Positions 8,508 to 18,892 of a DNA stretch of 64,000 nt are shown in pieces. The stretch is from assembly GCA_016303065.1 (NCBI GenBank), contig JAEDMJ010000001.1, forward strand, positions 24,835-88,834. The letters are read 5' to 3'. The stretch is from Clostridiales bacterium (GTDB taxonomy: Bacteria > Bacillota > Clostridia > Oscillospirales > QAMX01). The stretch's first letter is position 1; each line of letters opens with the position of its first letter. The notes beneath the pieces are model-generated. The model saw nothing but the letters and a program-made list of their open reading frames with translations, ran no database searches and had not been told where the DNA came from. The translations under genes and the position numbers were made by a program.

Positions 8508-11126
8508 TCAGTATCTTCCAAACCTCGATTCCTTAATCTCCGATACGTTCTTCTTTCTTTTTCCGCCCGCCGATTCAAGCAAGGCGTAGAGGAAAGCTCC
8601 GCCGACGGACACGATCACGGCGCAGGCCGCAACAATAAGCGTCGAGCCGGGTTTTGGCGCGGGCTTTTCCCCGGCGCTGCCGTTCGGATCTTCGGCGGGA
8701 GCATCAGGATTATCCTCGCCCCTGATGTCCTCCATGTACTCCTCTGGCACGGAGTTCTCGTCAAAGAAGATGAAAGTCGCGCTGAGTCCCCGCGAAGCAA
8801 ACTCCGCAAAGCCTTCGCCGTTGACCGACACGGAATATTTCGTATGCCCGCCCGAGGTCAGAAGCACTGCGGCAACGGTGCTTCTCCCGGAAAATCCGTC
8901 AGCGGCAACGCGCCATGTTCCTCCGGTATATCCCGCAATATCCACGGACGAAAGCGAACCGCTTTCGTTCCTGTTGAATCCCGCGGCGATGCGCCCCGCG
9001 CCCTCCGCCTTTCCGAGCGTTTCGGCGCTCCATGTGGCGTTTATCTCTCCGAAGTCGACCGTCATGGCCGCGGCGCGGCCCTTCACCTTCTCGCGCCAGA
9101 CTGGAACTCCGTTTTCGGGAATTGCCTCCCACACCGCTCCGGCGTTTGCCAGAAGCGCAGTCTCCTCCCCGGTTATGACAAGCTCGGCGGAAAGACCGGA
9201 TTCCGAAGAGACAATGTCTCCCCCGTCAAGGTAAACGTACGGAGAGGCGTTTTCGTTCTCCGCCAAAAGCTCCGCCGCAATGGCGGCAAGCCTCGCAAAC
9301 TCCGCCGGATCGACCCACATCGACGCGGTCTTCTCCCCGGAAACGCCCCTGACCGATGTCTGGACGATGGCGTTTGTCCCCGAAATTCCGGTCTGGGGAG
9401 AAAGTCCTCCGCCGGTGATGTCTTCCCCGGTACCGTCTGATATCCCGTCGGTGAGACATGGGTCTCCGTTCAGATCCATGGACCAGAGCGCAAGTCCGGC
9501 TTTCACCCTTGCGCACCTTGAGAGCACGGTCAAACCGTCCCCGGTGTCGAAGGACGAATCCGTAAGCGCAAAGCCCGCTTTTTCTCCGGCGACCCGTCCC
9601 GAAAGGCTCAGGCAGTTTGAAACGGCTCCGCCGCAGACGGTTCCGACGATTCCTCCGGAAGCTTTTGTTCCGGCAACGCTTCCCTCAAACATGCAGTTCT
9701 CAATAACGCTGTACTCCGCCGCCCCGGCGATACCGCCCGCAGCGGTTCCGCTGACGCTGCCTTCGGCCTGTATGTTCCGGATCTCCGCATTTTTGACCCA
9801 TCCGAAGAGTCCGGTGCAGCCGGCTCCCGTCACGCTGAGACCGGTTATGCTGCGTCCGCAGCCGTCGAAAACGCCGTTGAACGGGTTTTCCGCATCTCCG
9901 ACCGGCGTCCATTCGCAGGACACGGTCCCGTCCCCAAGAATTATATCTTCGCCGAGCACGAAGTATGTATTTTCAAAGTTCTCTCCCCGTCCGGAAAGCT
10001 CCGCAAGAAACGCAAGCTGACCGCCGGTTTTTATGACGTAGGGATCGCTCCGGCTTCCCGTTCCGCTGTCAAAGCGTCCCGAGGATTCCCCGTCCCAAAC
10101 CGTTCCGGCAATGTCCGGCTCGCGGATTTCAAGGCGCACGATCTCCGACTTTGTCTCCGCCGTCTTGTTTCCGGTCACGGAGTCGTTGGTGTTGGTCAGG
10201 ACGCAGAAAACGTACGTCTCGGTCTCGGCGGAGGTGTCCGGACGGAAATAGGCGTTCTCCGCGCCTTCGATTTTTTCGGCGCCGTTCCCGTCCGCATCGT
10301 CACAGCCGTACCACTGATAGCTGATGCTTCCCCCGTCGGAAACGGTGGCGCCCACCGATATTTCCGCATTCTCGCCCAGATAGCAAACGAGATTTTCCGG
10401 CTGGGAATATATGACCGGAGGTTCGGCGTCTCCGGTGTTTCTGACCGTCACAAGCGCCGTCGAAGTGTTCACGCTGGTTTTCGTTTTTCCGGTTGCGCTC
10501 GTGTCCGTATTTGTTATGCGGCAGTAATAGTAAACGGAGCTTGCCCTGTCTGTGGGCGGGGTATATGACGGACTGCTCGCGGTGTATATCTCCGTGGCTC
10601 CGCCGACGGCGCTCTCCGAGGTGTAGCAGTACCAGCGGTAGCTGAGCGTTCCTGACGAGACCTCCGCCTTTGCGTAAAGCGTGACCGTCTGACCGACGGT
10701 GCAGGATGCGCTTGACGGGTTGGCGGTAATCTTCGGAGTCTCCGCATCCCTGCTGACGCTCACCGTTGCGGAAGCGCTGGTGTCCGTCGCAACGACCGCT
10801 CCGTCAAGAATTTCGGTCACGACGACATAATATCCGAAATCTCCCGCAGCGCTGCTGTCGGGAGTGAAAGACGCGCCCGTCGCGCCGGAGACCGGAGCCC
10901 CCGACGCGGTATACCACTGGTACGAAAGGGTTCCCCCGGATTTCGGAGCCGCCGAAACCGTAAGCGTCGGCGCAGTCCCCCCCGCGGAACAGCTTCCTCC
11001 GACAGGGTCGGAGCTTATAAGAGTTCCCGTTGCGGAAACCGGAAATGCAAGCGTCAAAAGCATCGCCGCCGCAAGCAGAAGCGCCGCAGCTTTTCTCATA
11101 TATCCCGCTGTTTTCATCCAGAACAT
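8508..11126 (-). CDS. Large cell-surface protein: signal peptide, three Ig-like repeats, GLUG-motif domain, C-terminal TM anchor
   Basis: N-terminal hydrophobic signal (KAAALLLAAAMLLTLAFPVSATG). Three repeats each with a SYQWY/SYRWY core. GLUG-like block (GGIAGAAEYSVIENCMFEGSVAGTKASGGIVG). C-terminal TM helix plus KRKK tail, no LPxTG. Start could be the ATG at 11117. Confidence 0.7.
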   Translation of the reverse strand: MFWMKTAGYMRKAAALLLAAAMLLTLAFPVSATGTLISSDPVGGSCSAGGTAPTLTVSAAPKSGGTLSYQWYTASGAPVSGATGASFTPDSSAAGDFGYYVVVTEILDGAVVATDTSASATVSVSRDAETPKITANPSSASCTVGQTVTLYAKAEVSSGTLSYRWYCYTSESAVGGATEIYTASSPSYTPPTDRASSVYYYCRITNTDTSATGKTKTSVNTSTALVTVRNTGDAEPPVIYSQPENLVCYLGENAEISVGATVSDGGSISYQWYGCDDADGNGAEKIEGAENAYFRPDTSAETETYVFCVLTNTNDSVTGNKTAETKSEIVRLEIREPDIAGTVWDGESSGRFDSGTGSRSDPYVIKTGGQLAFLAELSGRGENFENTYFVLGEDIILGDGTVSCEWTPVGDAENPFNGVFDGCGRSITGLSVTGAGCTGLFGWVKNAEIRNIQAEGSVSGTAAGGIAGAAEYSVIENCMFEGSVAGTKASGGIVGTVCGGAVSNCLSLSGRVAGEKAGFALTDSSFDTGDGLTVLSRCARVKAGLALWSMDLNGDPCLTDGISDGTGEDITGGGLSPQTGISGTNAIVQTSVRGVSGEKTASMWVDPAEFARLAAIAAELLAENENASPYVYLDGGDIVSSESGLSAELVITGEETALLANAGAVWEAIPENGVPVWREKVKGRAAAMTVDFGEINATWSAETLGKAEGAGRIAAGFNRNESGSLSSVDIAGYTGGTWRVAADGFSGRSTVAAVLLTSGGHTKYSVSVNGEGFAEFASRGLSATFIFFDENSVPEEYMEDIRGEDNPDAPAEDPNGSAGEKPAPKPGSTLIVAACAVIVSVGGAFLYALLESAGGKRKKNVSEIKESRFGRY

Positions 11127-11477
11127 CCCGTCCGTTTCAATTTTTTTACTCTGTCAAGGTAATTTTAACTCATTAGCTCCGCGTTGTCAATCACAGCGCG
11201 GAATTTCAAACAAAAAACCTCAGTTTCGGCCCCCTGAAAAAAAGCAGCGGGCGATTTTTATCTTTCCCGTCCCGCCGCCGGGGTCTTCCGGTTTTCCGTC
11301 ATTTTCATATTATACCATATCGTCCCGTATAAATCAACAAAGTGCGGTCCGGCGCCGGGTTTTGCGGCCTTTTTCCGCTTCGGTTCTCGCCAAAACGACA
11401 TTTCCCTCTTCCATTTTCCGCCCGTTCGGTGTATAATAGAAACAATCAAAACAAAACTAACATTCGGAGGATCCCAT

Positions 11478-14400
11478 ATGCTCAACGAAAAGCAGCTGTC
11501 CAGATGCGTTTTGAAGCTTGAACGCTTTCTCGAAACGCTGGACGGGCTCATCTTTGAAAAGTACTGCTCTCTTCCCGCCAGCGCCTTTGAGACCGACAAA
11601 CAGTATCACTCCGTTCCCGACGCCAGGTATAAGCCCATAAAGTCCGGGGATATCTGGGGCGGCGAAAGCCGTTACTGCTGGTTTCGCACATCCTTCACCG
11701 TTCCCGGCGAGCTTGCCGGAAAGGCGCTGTTCCTCCGCCCCGATGTCGGCGGATACGAAGCGATGCTCTTTGTGGACGGCAAGCCTATGGGAACCTTCGC
11801 GACAAAGATCGTCGTCACCGGCCACGGCAACCACTACTGCGACATGGTCGAGCCCTGCGCCACCGAGGGCCGGAAGCTTGACCTTGCCGTTGAGTTCTAT
11901 ACCGGGCACTACGTCCCTGGCGAGATGCCGCTCCAGACGCGCCCGCGCTCCGATTTCAAATTTGCATATAACTCCATCGACATCTGCACCCGCAACGACC
12001 TCGTTGCCCAGACAATGTTCGATCTCTCCGTTCTCATCGGGCTTTTCAAAGCCCTTGACGAAACTTCCTTCCGCCGCGCCGACCTTCTGAACGTCTTCTA
12101 CGAGCTCCACAAGGTCCTCTGGTATTCCCCCGAAGACGTCGACCGCGAGACTTTCGAAGCCTCCCTCGTCCGCGCAAGAGAGATCATGGCGCCCGCCCTT
12201 GCCAAGAAAAACAACGGCGGAACCGTCCCCTACTGCGGATTTATCGGCCACTCCCACATGGACACCGCATGGCTCTGGCACATTGCCGAGACGGTCAAGA
12301 AATGCGCCAGAACCTATTCCAACCAGCTCAACCTTATGGCGCAGTACCCCGAATACAAGTTCGTCCAGAGCTCGTCGTATCACAGCGAGATGATCCGAGA
12401 GAACTACCCCGAGCTTTTCGACCGCATCGCCGAAAAAGTCGCCGAGGGACGCTATGAGCCCAACGGCGGCGTCTGGGTCGAATGCGACTGCAACATCACC
12501 GGCGGCGAGTCCATGATCCGCCAGTTCCTCTGGGGACAGCGCTTCACCCGCAAGTACTTCGACGGCTACACCTCCGACTGTTTCTGGCTTCCGGACACCT
12601 TCGGCTATTCCGCCGCCATCCCCCAGATCATGAAGGGCTGCGGAGTCGATTACTTCCTCACCACCAAGATCGCCTGGAACGACACAAATATGTTCCCCTA
12701 CGACGCCTTCTACTGGCGCGGCATCGACGGGACCCAGGTCTTCACCCACTTCAACAAGACCCACATCGGCACCCGTCCCGATGAGCTGATGCCGCTGTTC
12801 ACCGACAAGAACAACAACGACGCAATCCGTCAAAAGAACGTCTCCCGCTCCAAACTCGTAAGCTTCGGCTACGGCGACGGCGGCGGCGGCCCGCAGTGGG
12901 ATCAGATCGAGATAAGCCGCAGACTCTCCGACCTGGAAGGTTTTCCGGTCAGCGAATACACGACCGTCTCCGACTTTATGCACCGGCTCGAAAAAGAGGT
13001 CTCCAACCCCGCGGTTTACAGCGGAGAGCTCTACCTTGAGCTCCACCGCGGCACCCTCACCAACCAGCACGAGATCAAGCGCAACAACCGCCTCGGAGAG
13101 ATCGCGCTTCACAATCTCGAAGCTCTGACCGTTGCCAACGCCGTTGCCGACGGTTCCGCCGCCAGCGACGCGGACTTCCGTTTCTGGCAGAACAGACTCC
13201 TTGTCAACCAGTTCCACGACATTCTCCCCGGAACCTGCATCACCCGCGCCAATTCCCAGAGCAAGGAAGAGATGACCGAGCTTTTGGCGGAGGTTGGAAA
13301 GCTCTCCGAAAAGGCACTTGCCGGTTCCGGCCGCGGCATCACCGTTTACAACCCCATGTCCTTCCCGCGCAGCACCGCGTTCTATGTCGACGCCGTCTCC
13401 CCCCTCTCCGGAGTCAAAAAACAGCAGTGGACGACCGGCGTCGACGGACGCCGCCGCCTCGCCGTCTCCGGAGTGACGCTGGAGCCCTACTCCGCCAGAT
13501 CCTTCGGCTACACCCGCGCGGACATCAGCACCCCGAGCGCGTTCCGCCTGGACGGCGACAGGCTCGAAACGCCCTACGCCGTCATCGTCTTTGACGGACG
13601 CGGATATATCTCCTCCTTCGTCGACAAGGCCTCCGGCAGAGAGCTCCGCGGAGAAGGGTATGCGCTGAACACCTTCCTCATGGCGGAGGACCTTCCCGCC
13701 GCATGGGACAACTGGGACATCGACGCCGACATTGAACCCAAGTTCGTCGACTGCGCCGAGCTTCTCTCCAGAGAAGTTGTCTCCGACGGCTGCGTCGAAT
13801 TCCGCATCCGTTCCGTCTACCGCATTTCCCCCAAGTCCACCGTCACCCAGGATATGATCTTCTTTGCCGACTCGCCCGAGGTCCGCTTTGAAACGCTTAT
13901 GGACTGGAACGACTCCCACCGCTTCCTGAAGACCGCTTTCGACACGACGATCTTCTCCGACTTTGCCAGACAGGAGATCCAGTTCGGCTATATGAAGCGT
14001 CCCACGACCCGCAACACCTCCGTTGAACAGGCAAAGTTCGAGGTTCTGAACCACAAGTACACCGACCTCTCCGAACCCAACTTCGGCGTCAGCATCCTCA
14101 ACGACTCCAAGTACGCCATTTCCGCATATAACGGCCAGCTCCGCCTCTCGCTCCACAAGGGCGGCACCCGTCCGGACACCACGGGGGACCACGGCAAACA
14201 CTACTGCGAATACTCTTTCCTGCCCCACAGCGGCGGATTCAACTCCGAAAACGTCGTCCGTCCGGCATACGCGCTCAACTACAAGCCCGTTGTCGCCCGC
14301 GGCAGAAAAGACATTCCGAGCCTTGCCTCCATGTCCGATGCAAATCTCATCATCGAGACTGTCAAGCCCTGCGAGGACTCCGACCGCGCCTTCATTCTCC

Positions 14401-14576
14401 GCATTTACGAGGCGGAGGGCGCCCGCACCGCCGGAACGCTCAGGCTGGGCTTCTCTCCGAGACGCGTGACCGAAACGAATATGCTCGAAGAGCCGAAAAA
14501 CGAGCTGGGATCCGGCGCCGAAACCCGGCTCACCTTCCGGCCCTTCGAAATCAAAACCGTCCGCGTTGAATACTGA
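11478..14576 (+). CDS. Glycoside hydrolase family 38 alpha-mannosidase (cytoplasmic)
   Basis: HSHMDTAWLW catalytic-region motif and 1032-aa length typical of GH38 (MngB-like). No signal peptide. GGAGG ribosome-binding site at 11466. Confidence 0.85.
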   Translation: MLNEKQLSRCVLKLERFLETLDGLIFEKYCSLPASAFETDKQYHSVPDARYKPIKSGDIWGGESRYCWFRTSFTVPGELAGKALFLRPDVGGYEAMLFVDGKPMGTFATKIVVTGHGNHYCDMVEPCATEGRKLDLAVEFYTGHYVPGEMPLQTRPRSDFKFAYNSIDICTRNDLVAQTMFDLSVLIGLFKALDETSFRRADLLNVFYELHKVLWYSPEDVDRETFEASLVRAREIMAPALAKKNNGGTVPYCGFIGHSHMDTAWLWHIAETVKKCARTYSNQLNLMAQYPEYKFVQSSSYHSEMIRENYPELFDRIAEKVAEGRYEPNGGVWVECDCNITGGESMIRQFLWGQRFTRKYFDGYTSDCFWLPDTFGYSAAIPQIMKGCGVDYFLTTKIAWNDTNMFPYDAFYWRGIDGTQVFTHFNKTHIGTRPDELMPLFTDKNNNDAIRQKNVSRSKLVSFGYGDGGGGPQWDQIEISRRLSDLEGFPVSEYTTVSDFMHRLEKEVSNPAVYSGELYLELHRGTLTNQHEIKRNNRLGEIALHNLEALTVANAVADGSAASDADFRFWQNRLLVNQFHDILPGTCITRANSQSKEEMTELLAEVGKLSEKALAGSGRGITVYNPMSFPRSTAFYVDAVSPLSGVKKQQWTTGVDGRRRLAVSGVTLEPYSARSFGYTRADISTPSAFRLDGDRLETPYAVIVFDGRGYISSFVDKASGRELRGEGYALNTFLMAEDLPAAWDNWDIDADIEPKFVDCAELLSREVVSDGCVEFRIRSVYRISPKSTVTQDMIFFADSPEVRFETLMDWNDSHRFLKTAFDTTIFSDFARQEIQFGYMKRPTTRNTSVEQAKFEVLNHKYTDLSEPNFGVSILNDSKYAISAYNGQLRLSLHKGGTRPDTTGDHGKHYCEYSFLPHSGGFNSENVVRPAYALNYKPVVARGRKDIPSLASMSDANLIIETVKPCEDSDRAFILRIYEAEGARTAGTLRLGFSPRRVTETNMLEEPKNELGSGAETRLTFRPFEIKTVRVEY

Positions 14577-14668
14577 GCAATCCAAGCGCTGATTTTCTTC
14601 TCCGGAGCCGGGCAGACGCCCCGGCTCCGGAGAATTCCCATTCCCCCAAACAAAAGGAGGACCCATCC

Positions 14669-17233
14669 ATGCGAAAGCTGATGGTCATCGACGGCAACAG
14701 CATAATCAACCGCGCCTTTTACGGCATACGCCTGCTCTCAAACTCCGAAGGCGTATACACAAACGCTCTTCTGGGCTTTCTGAACATCCTCTCCCGCCTT
14801 TCGGAGGAAGAGGAACCGGACGGCGTCTGTGTCTGCTTCGATCTGAAAGCCCCCACATTCCGCCACAAGCTCTACGACGGCTATAAGGCCGGCCGCCGTC
14901 CGATGCCCGAAGAGCTCGCCATGCAGCTCCCCCTTCTCAAAGAGCTTCTCGACGCGCTCCGCATCCCCCGCTACGAACTTGCCGGCTGGGAGGCCGACGA
15001 TCTTCTCGGAACTCTCAGCAAAAAAATCCAGGAGTCCGGGGACAGCTGCGTTCTTGTCACCGGCGACCGCGACAGCCTCCAGCTTGTCGGCGGAAACACG
15101 GTCTTGAAATACGTCTCCGCCAGACAGGGGCGTCCCGAGACCACGCTCTACGACGAGTTCAAAATAAACCTCGAATTCGGCATTGAGCCCCGCCAGTTCA
15201 TCGACGTCAAATCGCTCATGGGCGACCAGTCCGACAATATCCCCGGCGTCCGCGGCATCGGAGAAAAGACCGCTCTCGAGCTGATCCGGAAATTCAAAAC
15301 TCTCGACGGCGTTTACGAAAATCTTGACTCCGCCGATATCCGTCCCGCGGTCCGGGCAAAGCTCGCCGCGGAAAAAGACACGGCCTACATGAGCCTTGAG
15401 CTTGCCCGCATCGACCGAAACGCCCCCATTGACGCCGACCTTTCAGCAATTTCGAAAACACCGCCGGACAACGACGGGCTTTACCGGCTTCTGTCACGGC
15501 TTGAGATAAACAGCTATATCAAGAAACTCGGACTCACTCCGCCCCCCTCCGCACCGTCCGCGGCCGACGCGGCGGCTCGGAGAACGCCCCTAAAGCTTTC
15601 TTCGCCGGTTCTTCTCTCCGGCCTTTCGGGAGAAATCGGGTTTGACGCCGATTTTGAAGCGCCCGCTTTCGCCGCCGCCCAGGAAGGAACGGTCTACGTC
15701 TTCGATCCCGGCCCCTTTGAGCGCGGCGCGTTCAACTCCGCCCTTTCCGACCTTATATCCTCCGGGGTAAAGTTCTGCTGCGCCAGTTCAAAGCCGCTCA
15801 TGCGCTACTGTCTTGAAAACGGACTGCCCTCCCCGGAAATTTCCTTCGACGCCTCGCTTGCCGCGCTTCTCTGCGAAGAAAGCGCCGACTCCGCCGCCGT
15901 GCGCCAGAAATATCTCGGCTGGCTTCCGGACAGTCAGTGCTCCCCCGTGGCCGACGGCGCAGACGGAGCGCTCGCGCTCCGTCCCGTCCTTGAAAAAATC
16001 ATGGCCGAAAGAGGTCTTGACAGGCTCTACCGCGGAACCGAGCTTCCGCTTGCAAAGGTGCTTGCGGAGATGGAGCACGAGGGATTCCTTCTGGACGAAA
16101 AAGCCCTACGGGCGTTCGGCGGGGAGCTTGACGGGCTCATTGCGCACGCCACCTCCGAGGTGTATTCCCTGGCCGGGAAAGAGTTCAACATAAGCTCTCC
16201 GCGCCAGCTTGGAACGGTTCTCTTTGACGAGATTCATCTTCCCCACGGAAAGAAAACGAAGACCGGCTGGTCCACAAATTTCGACGTCCTCAAAAAGCTC
16301 TCCGACGAGCCCATTGTCGCCGCCGTGCTGTCCTTCCGCGCATTCACCAAACTCAAGTCCACCTATGTCGACGGACTGCTCCGCGCCGTCAGCCCCAGCG
16401 GAAGGGTACACACGACCTTCAGCCAGCTCGGCGCCGTCACCGGCCGTCTCAGCTCATCCGAGCCCAACCTTCAGAACATCCCCGTCCGAAGCGAGCCCGG
16501 AAGCCGGATGCGCGAATTCTTTATTGCGGGAGAGGGAAACGTCCTTGTGGACGCCGATTACTCCCAGATCGAGCTTCGCGTTCTCGCCCATATGTCCGGG
16601 GACGAGCGCATGATCCGCGCCTTTGCCTCCGGCGAAGACATTCACCGCAGCACCGCCGCCCAGGTTTTCGGGATCCCCCCCGAAGAAGTCACTTCCCGTC
16701 AGAGAACCTTTTCAAAAGCCGTCAATTTCGGCATTGTCTACGGCATCTCCGACTTTGCCCTTGCCGACGACCTCGGTATCTCCCGCCGCGACGCAAGGGA
16801 AATGATCGACCGCTACCTTGAAAACTATCCCGGCGTCAAAAAATATATGTCCGAAGTCGTCGAGCGCGCCCGGAACGACGGCTTTGTCACCACTCTTTTC
16901 GGCCGCCGCAGAGCGCTTCCCGACATCAAGGCGTCGAATTTCAACGTGCGCAGCGCCGCGGAGAGAATGGCGCTCAACGCGCCCATTCAGGGCACCGCGG
17001 CCGACATCATCAAATTCGCGATGGTCGCCGTCGCACGCAGGCTTTCAGCCGAAAACCTCAAAGCCCGGCTCATTCTCCAGGTTCACGACGAACTGATCGT
17101 CGAGTGCCCTGAGTGCGAGGCGGAAAAAGTGAAGGCCGTACTCGAAGAAGAAATGACCGGCGTTGCCGATCTCTCCGTTGCGCTCCGCGCCGACGCCTCG
17201 GTCGGCAAAAGCTGGGCAAAGGCAAAGGGCTGA
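14669..17233 (+). CDS. polA: DNA polymerase I
   Basis: N-terminal 5'-3' exonuclease (DGNSIINRAFYG...) and C-terminal family-A polymerase motifs (DYSQIELR, RRxAKxxNFGxxYG, QVHDEL). AAGGAGGA ribosome-binding site. 854 aa. Confidence 0.92.
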   Translation: MRKLMVIDGNSIINRAFYGIRLLSNSEGVYTNALLGFLNILSRLSEEEEPDGVCVCFDLKAPTFRHKLYDGYKAGRRPMPEELAMQLPLLKELLDALRIPRYELAGWEADDLLGTLSKKIQESGDSCVLVTGDRDSLQLVGGNTVLKYVSARQGRPETTLYDEFKINLEFGIEPRQFIDVKSLMGDQSDNIPGVRGIGEKTALELIRKFKTLDGVYENLDSADIRPAVRAKLAAEKDTAYMSLELARIDRNAPIDADLSAISKTPPDNDGLYRLLSRLEINSYIKKLGLTPPPSAPSAADAAARRTPLKLSSPVLLSGLSGEIGFDADFEAPAFAAAQEGTVYVFDPGPFERGAFNSALSDLISSGVKFCCASSKPLMRYCLENGLPSPEISFDASLAALLCEESADSAAVRQKYLGWLPDSQCSPVADGADGALALRPVLEKIMAERGLDRLYRGTELPLAKVLAEMEHEGFLLDEKALRAFGGELDGLIAHATSEVYSLAGKEFNISSPRQLGTVLFDEIHLPHGKKTKTGWSTNFDVLKKLSDEPIVAAVLSFRAFTKLKSTYVDGLLRAVSPSGRVHTTFSQLGAVTGRLSSSEPNLQNIPVRSEPGSRMREFFIAGEGNVLVDADYSQIELRVLAHMSGDERMIRAFASGEDIHRSTAAQVFGIPPEEVTSRQRTFSKAVNFGIVYGISDFALADDLGISRRDAREMIDRYLENYPGVKKYMSEVVERARNDGFVTTLFGRRRALPDIKASNFNVRSAAERMALNAPIQGTAADIIKFAMVAVARRLSAENLKARLILQVHDELIVECPECEAEKVKAVLEEEMTGVADLSVALRADASVGKSWAKAKG

Positions 17234-17260
17234 TCCGGGAAAGGCAGGCAGAACGGTAAT

Positions 17261-17731
17261 ATGACAGTGGTATCAGATCTCACCCCGTTCCGGATTCCCG
17301 ACGCGGCGGCTTTGGAAAGGGCAAGCTTTTCCTCCCCCTGGAACGAAAACGCTCTGAGAGAAGAACTCAACTCACCTTATGCAAACTATTTCTGCGTCAC
17401 TTCCGACGGCAGACTCGCCGGCTACGGCGGATTTCTCTCCCTCTCCGGAGAGGGAGAGATCACCCGCATCGCGGTTTTTCCGGAATTCCGCAGAAAAGGA
17501 TTTGCCGCAATGCTGATGCACCGCATCATGTCCCGTGCGGCGGAGCTTAACATCGGGACAATGTTTCTGGAAGTCCGCGAGTCGAACGCTCCGGCAATTT
17601 CCCTTTACCGGAAGTTCGGCTTTGAACAGGTCGGCCTGCGCCCCGACTATTACTCCCTCCCCAAAGAAGCGGCAGTTCTCATGTCCGCCGATATTTCAAA
17701 ATACACACTGCTGCAAAAGGACAAGGTATAA
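17261..17731 (+). CDS. rimI: Ribosomal-protein-alanine N-acetyltransferase (GNAT)
   Basis: GNAT motifs (RRKGFAAML, LEVRESNAPAISLYRKFGF) and the conserved position immediately upstream of tsaD. Confidence 0.8.
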   Translation: MTVVSDLTPFRIPDAAALERASFSSPWNENALREELNSPYANYFCVTSDGRLAGYGGFLSLSGEGEITRIAVFPEFRRKGFAAMLMHRIMSRAAELNIGTMFLEVRESNAPAISLYRKFGFEQVGLRPDYYSLPKEAAVLMSADISKYTLLQKDKV

Positions 17732-18750
17732 TGCTCATACTTTCAATCGAAACTTCCTGTGACGAAACTTCCGCCGCAGTCACCCGCGACGGACGGGAAG
17801 TCCTCTCCAACTCGGTCTATACACAGATCGCCATGCACGCCGAGTACGGCGGCGTCGTTCCTGAGCTTGCCTCCCGCAAGCACATCGAAAAAATCACCCC
17901 GGTCGTCGACAGCGCGCTTTCCACCGCCGGCGTGACCCGCGCCGACATCGAAGCCGTAGCCGTCACCGCCGCCCCCGGGCTTATCGGCGCCCTGCTCACC
18001 GGACTTTCCTTTGCAAAGGGAGCCGCGCTTTCCCTCGGGGTCCCGCTTGTCCCGGTACACCACATAAAGGGACACATCGCCGCAAACTACATCGCTTTTC
18101 CCGAGCTCACTCCCCCGTTCCTCTGCACCGTGGTGTCCGGAGGCCACACGCTCTTCTGCGACGTCCGCGATTACGACAATGTGCGAATTCTCGGCGGCAC
18201 CCGCGACGATGCCGCCGGAGAAGCCTTCGACAAGGTCGCCCGCGTGCTCGGATTCCCCTATCCCGGCGGAAAAGAACTGGACAGGCTGGCCCGTTCCGCG
18301 CCCGCATCCTGCCCGTCGGTAAAGCTTCCCCGTCCGAGTTTTCCCGACGCGCCCCTGGACTGCTCCTTTTCCGGTCTCAAGACCGCAGTCATAAATCTTG
18401 TTCACAGCGCCGCCCAGCGGGGCGAGGAGTTCGACCGCGCCGTACTTGCGCGGAGCATCTGCGAAGCCGTTACGGATATCCTCGTCTCACGTACAAAGCT
18501 CGCCCTCGCAGAGCTCGGATATGACCGCGCCGCGCTTGCCGGAGGCGTCGCCGCAAACTCATTCATACGCGAAGCCTTTGAAAAACTCTCCGAGTCCGAA
18601 GGCGTCAGGGTCTTTCTCCCTCCGCCCGCGCTCTGCGGCGACAACGCCGCAATGATCGGATGCGCGGGATACTACGCCTGGCGCGCAGGAGTCCGCGGCG
18701 GTTCTTCGCAGAATGCATTTGCAACCATGTCGCCCGAAGACCGCTTCTGA
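17731..18750 (+). CDS. tsaD: tRNA N6-adenosine threonylcarbamoyltransferase TsaD
   Basis: MLILSIETSCDETSAAV...HIKGH Kae1/TsaD family signature. Start overlaps the rimI stop. Confidence 0.9.
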   Translation: MLILSIETSCDETSAAVTRDGREVLSNSVYTQIAMHAEYGGVVPELASRKHIEKITPVVDSALSTAGVTRADIEAVAVTAAPGLIGALLTGLSFAKGAALSLGVPLVPVHHIKGHIAANYIAFPELTPPFLCTVVSGGHTLFCDVRDYDNVRILGGTRDDAAGEAFDKVARVLGFPYPGGKELDRLARSAPASCPSVKLPRPSFPDAPLDCSFSGLKTAVINLVHSAAQRGEEFDRAVLARSICEAVTDILVSRTKLALAELGYDRAALAGGVAANSFIREAFEKLSESEGVRVFLPPPALCGDNAAMIGCAGYYAWRAGVRGGSSQNAFATMSPEDRF

Positions 18751-18892
18751 CGCGGTCAAAGCGCTGTTATTACACGCAGTATTCTAAGCTTTACCGTTTT
18801 TCGGCTGTTTTCCCGCACAATTCGACAAGTTCCGCACAATGTGGAAGTTTTTGTGGAAACCGTGGATACTCGCCGTAGAATCCAACAGCCCC

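Noticed and set aside
7095-9440. Plus-strand ORFs of 358 and 414 aa overlapping the HD and surface-protein genes
   Set aside because: Arg/Pro/His-rich antisense translations with no ribosome-binding site or motifs.
11457-14666. 1069-aa minus-strand ORF spanning the whole GH38 gene
   Set aside because: Antisense shadow ORF of a high-GC gene. The translation is low-complexity and G/A/V/R-rich with no motifs. The plus-strand product has clear GH38 motifs and a ribosome-binding site.
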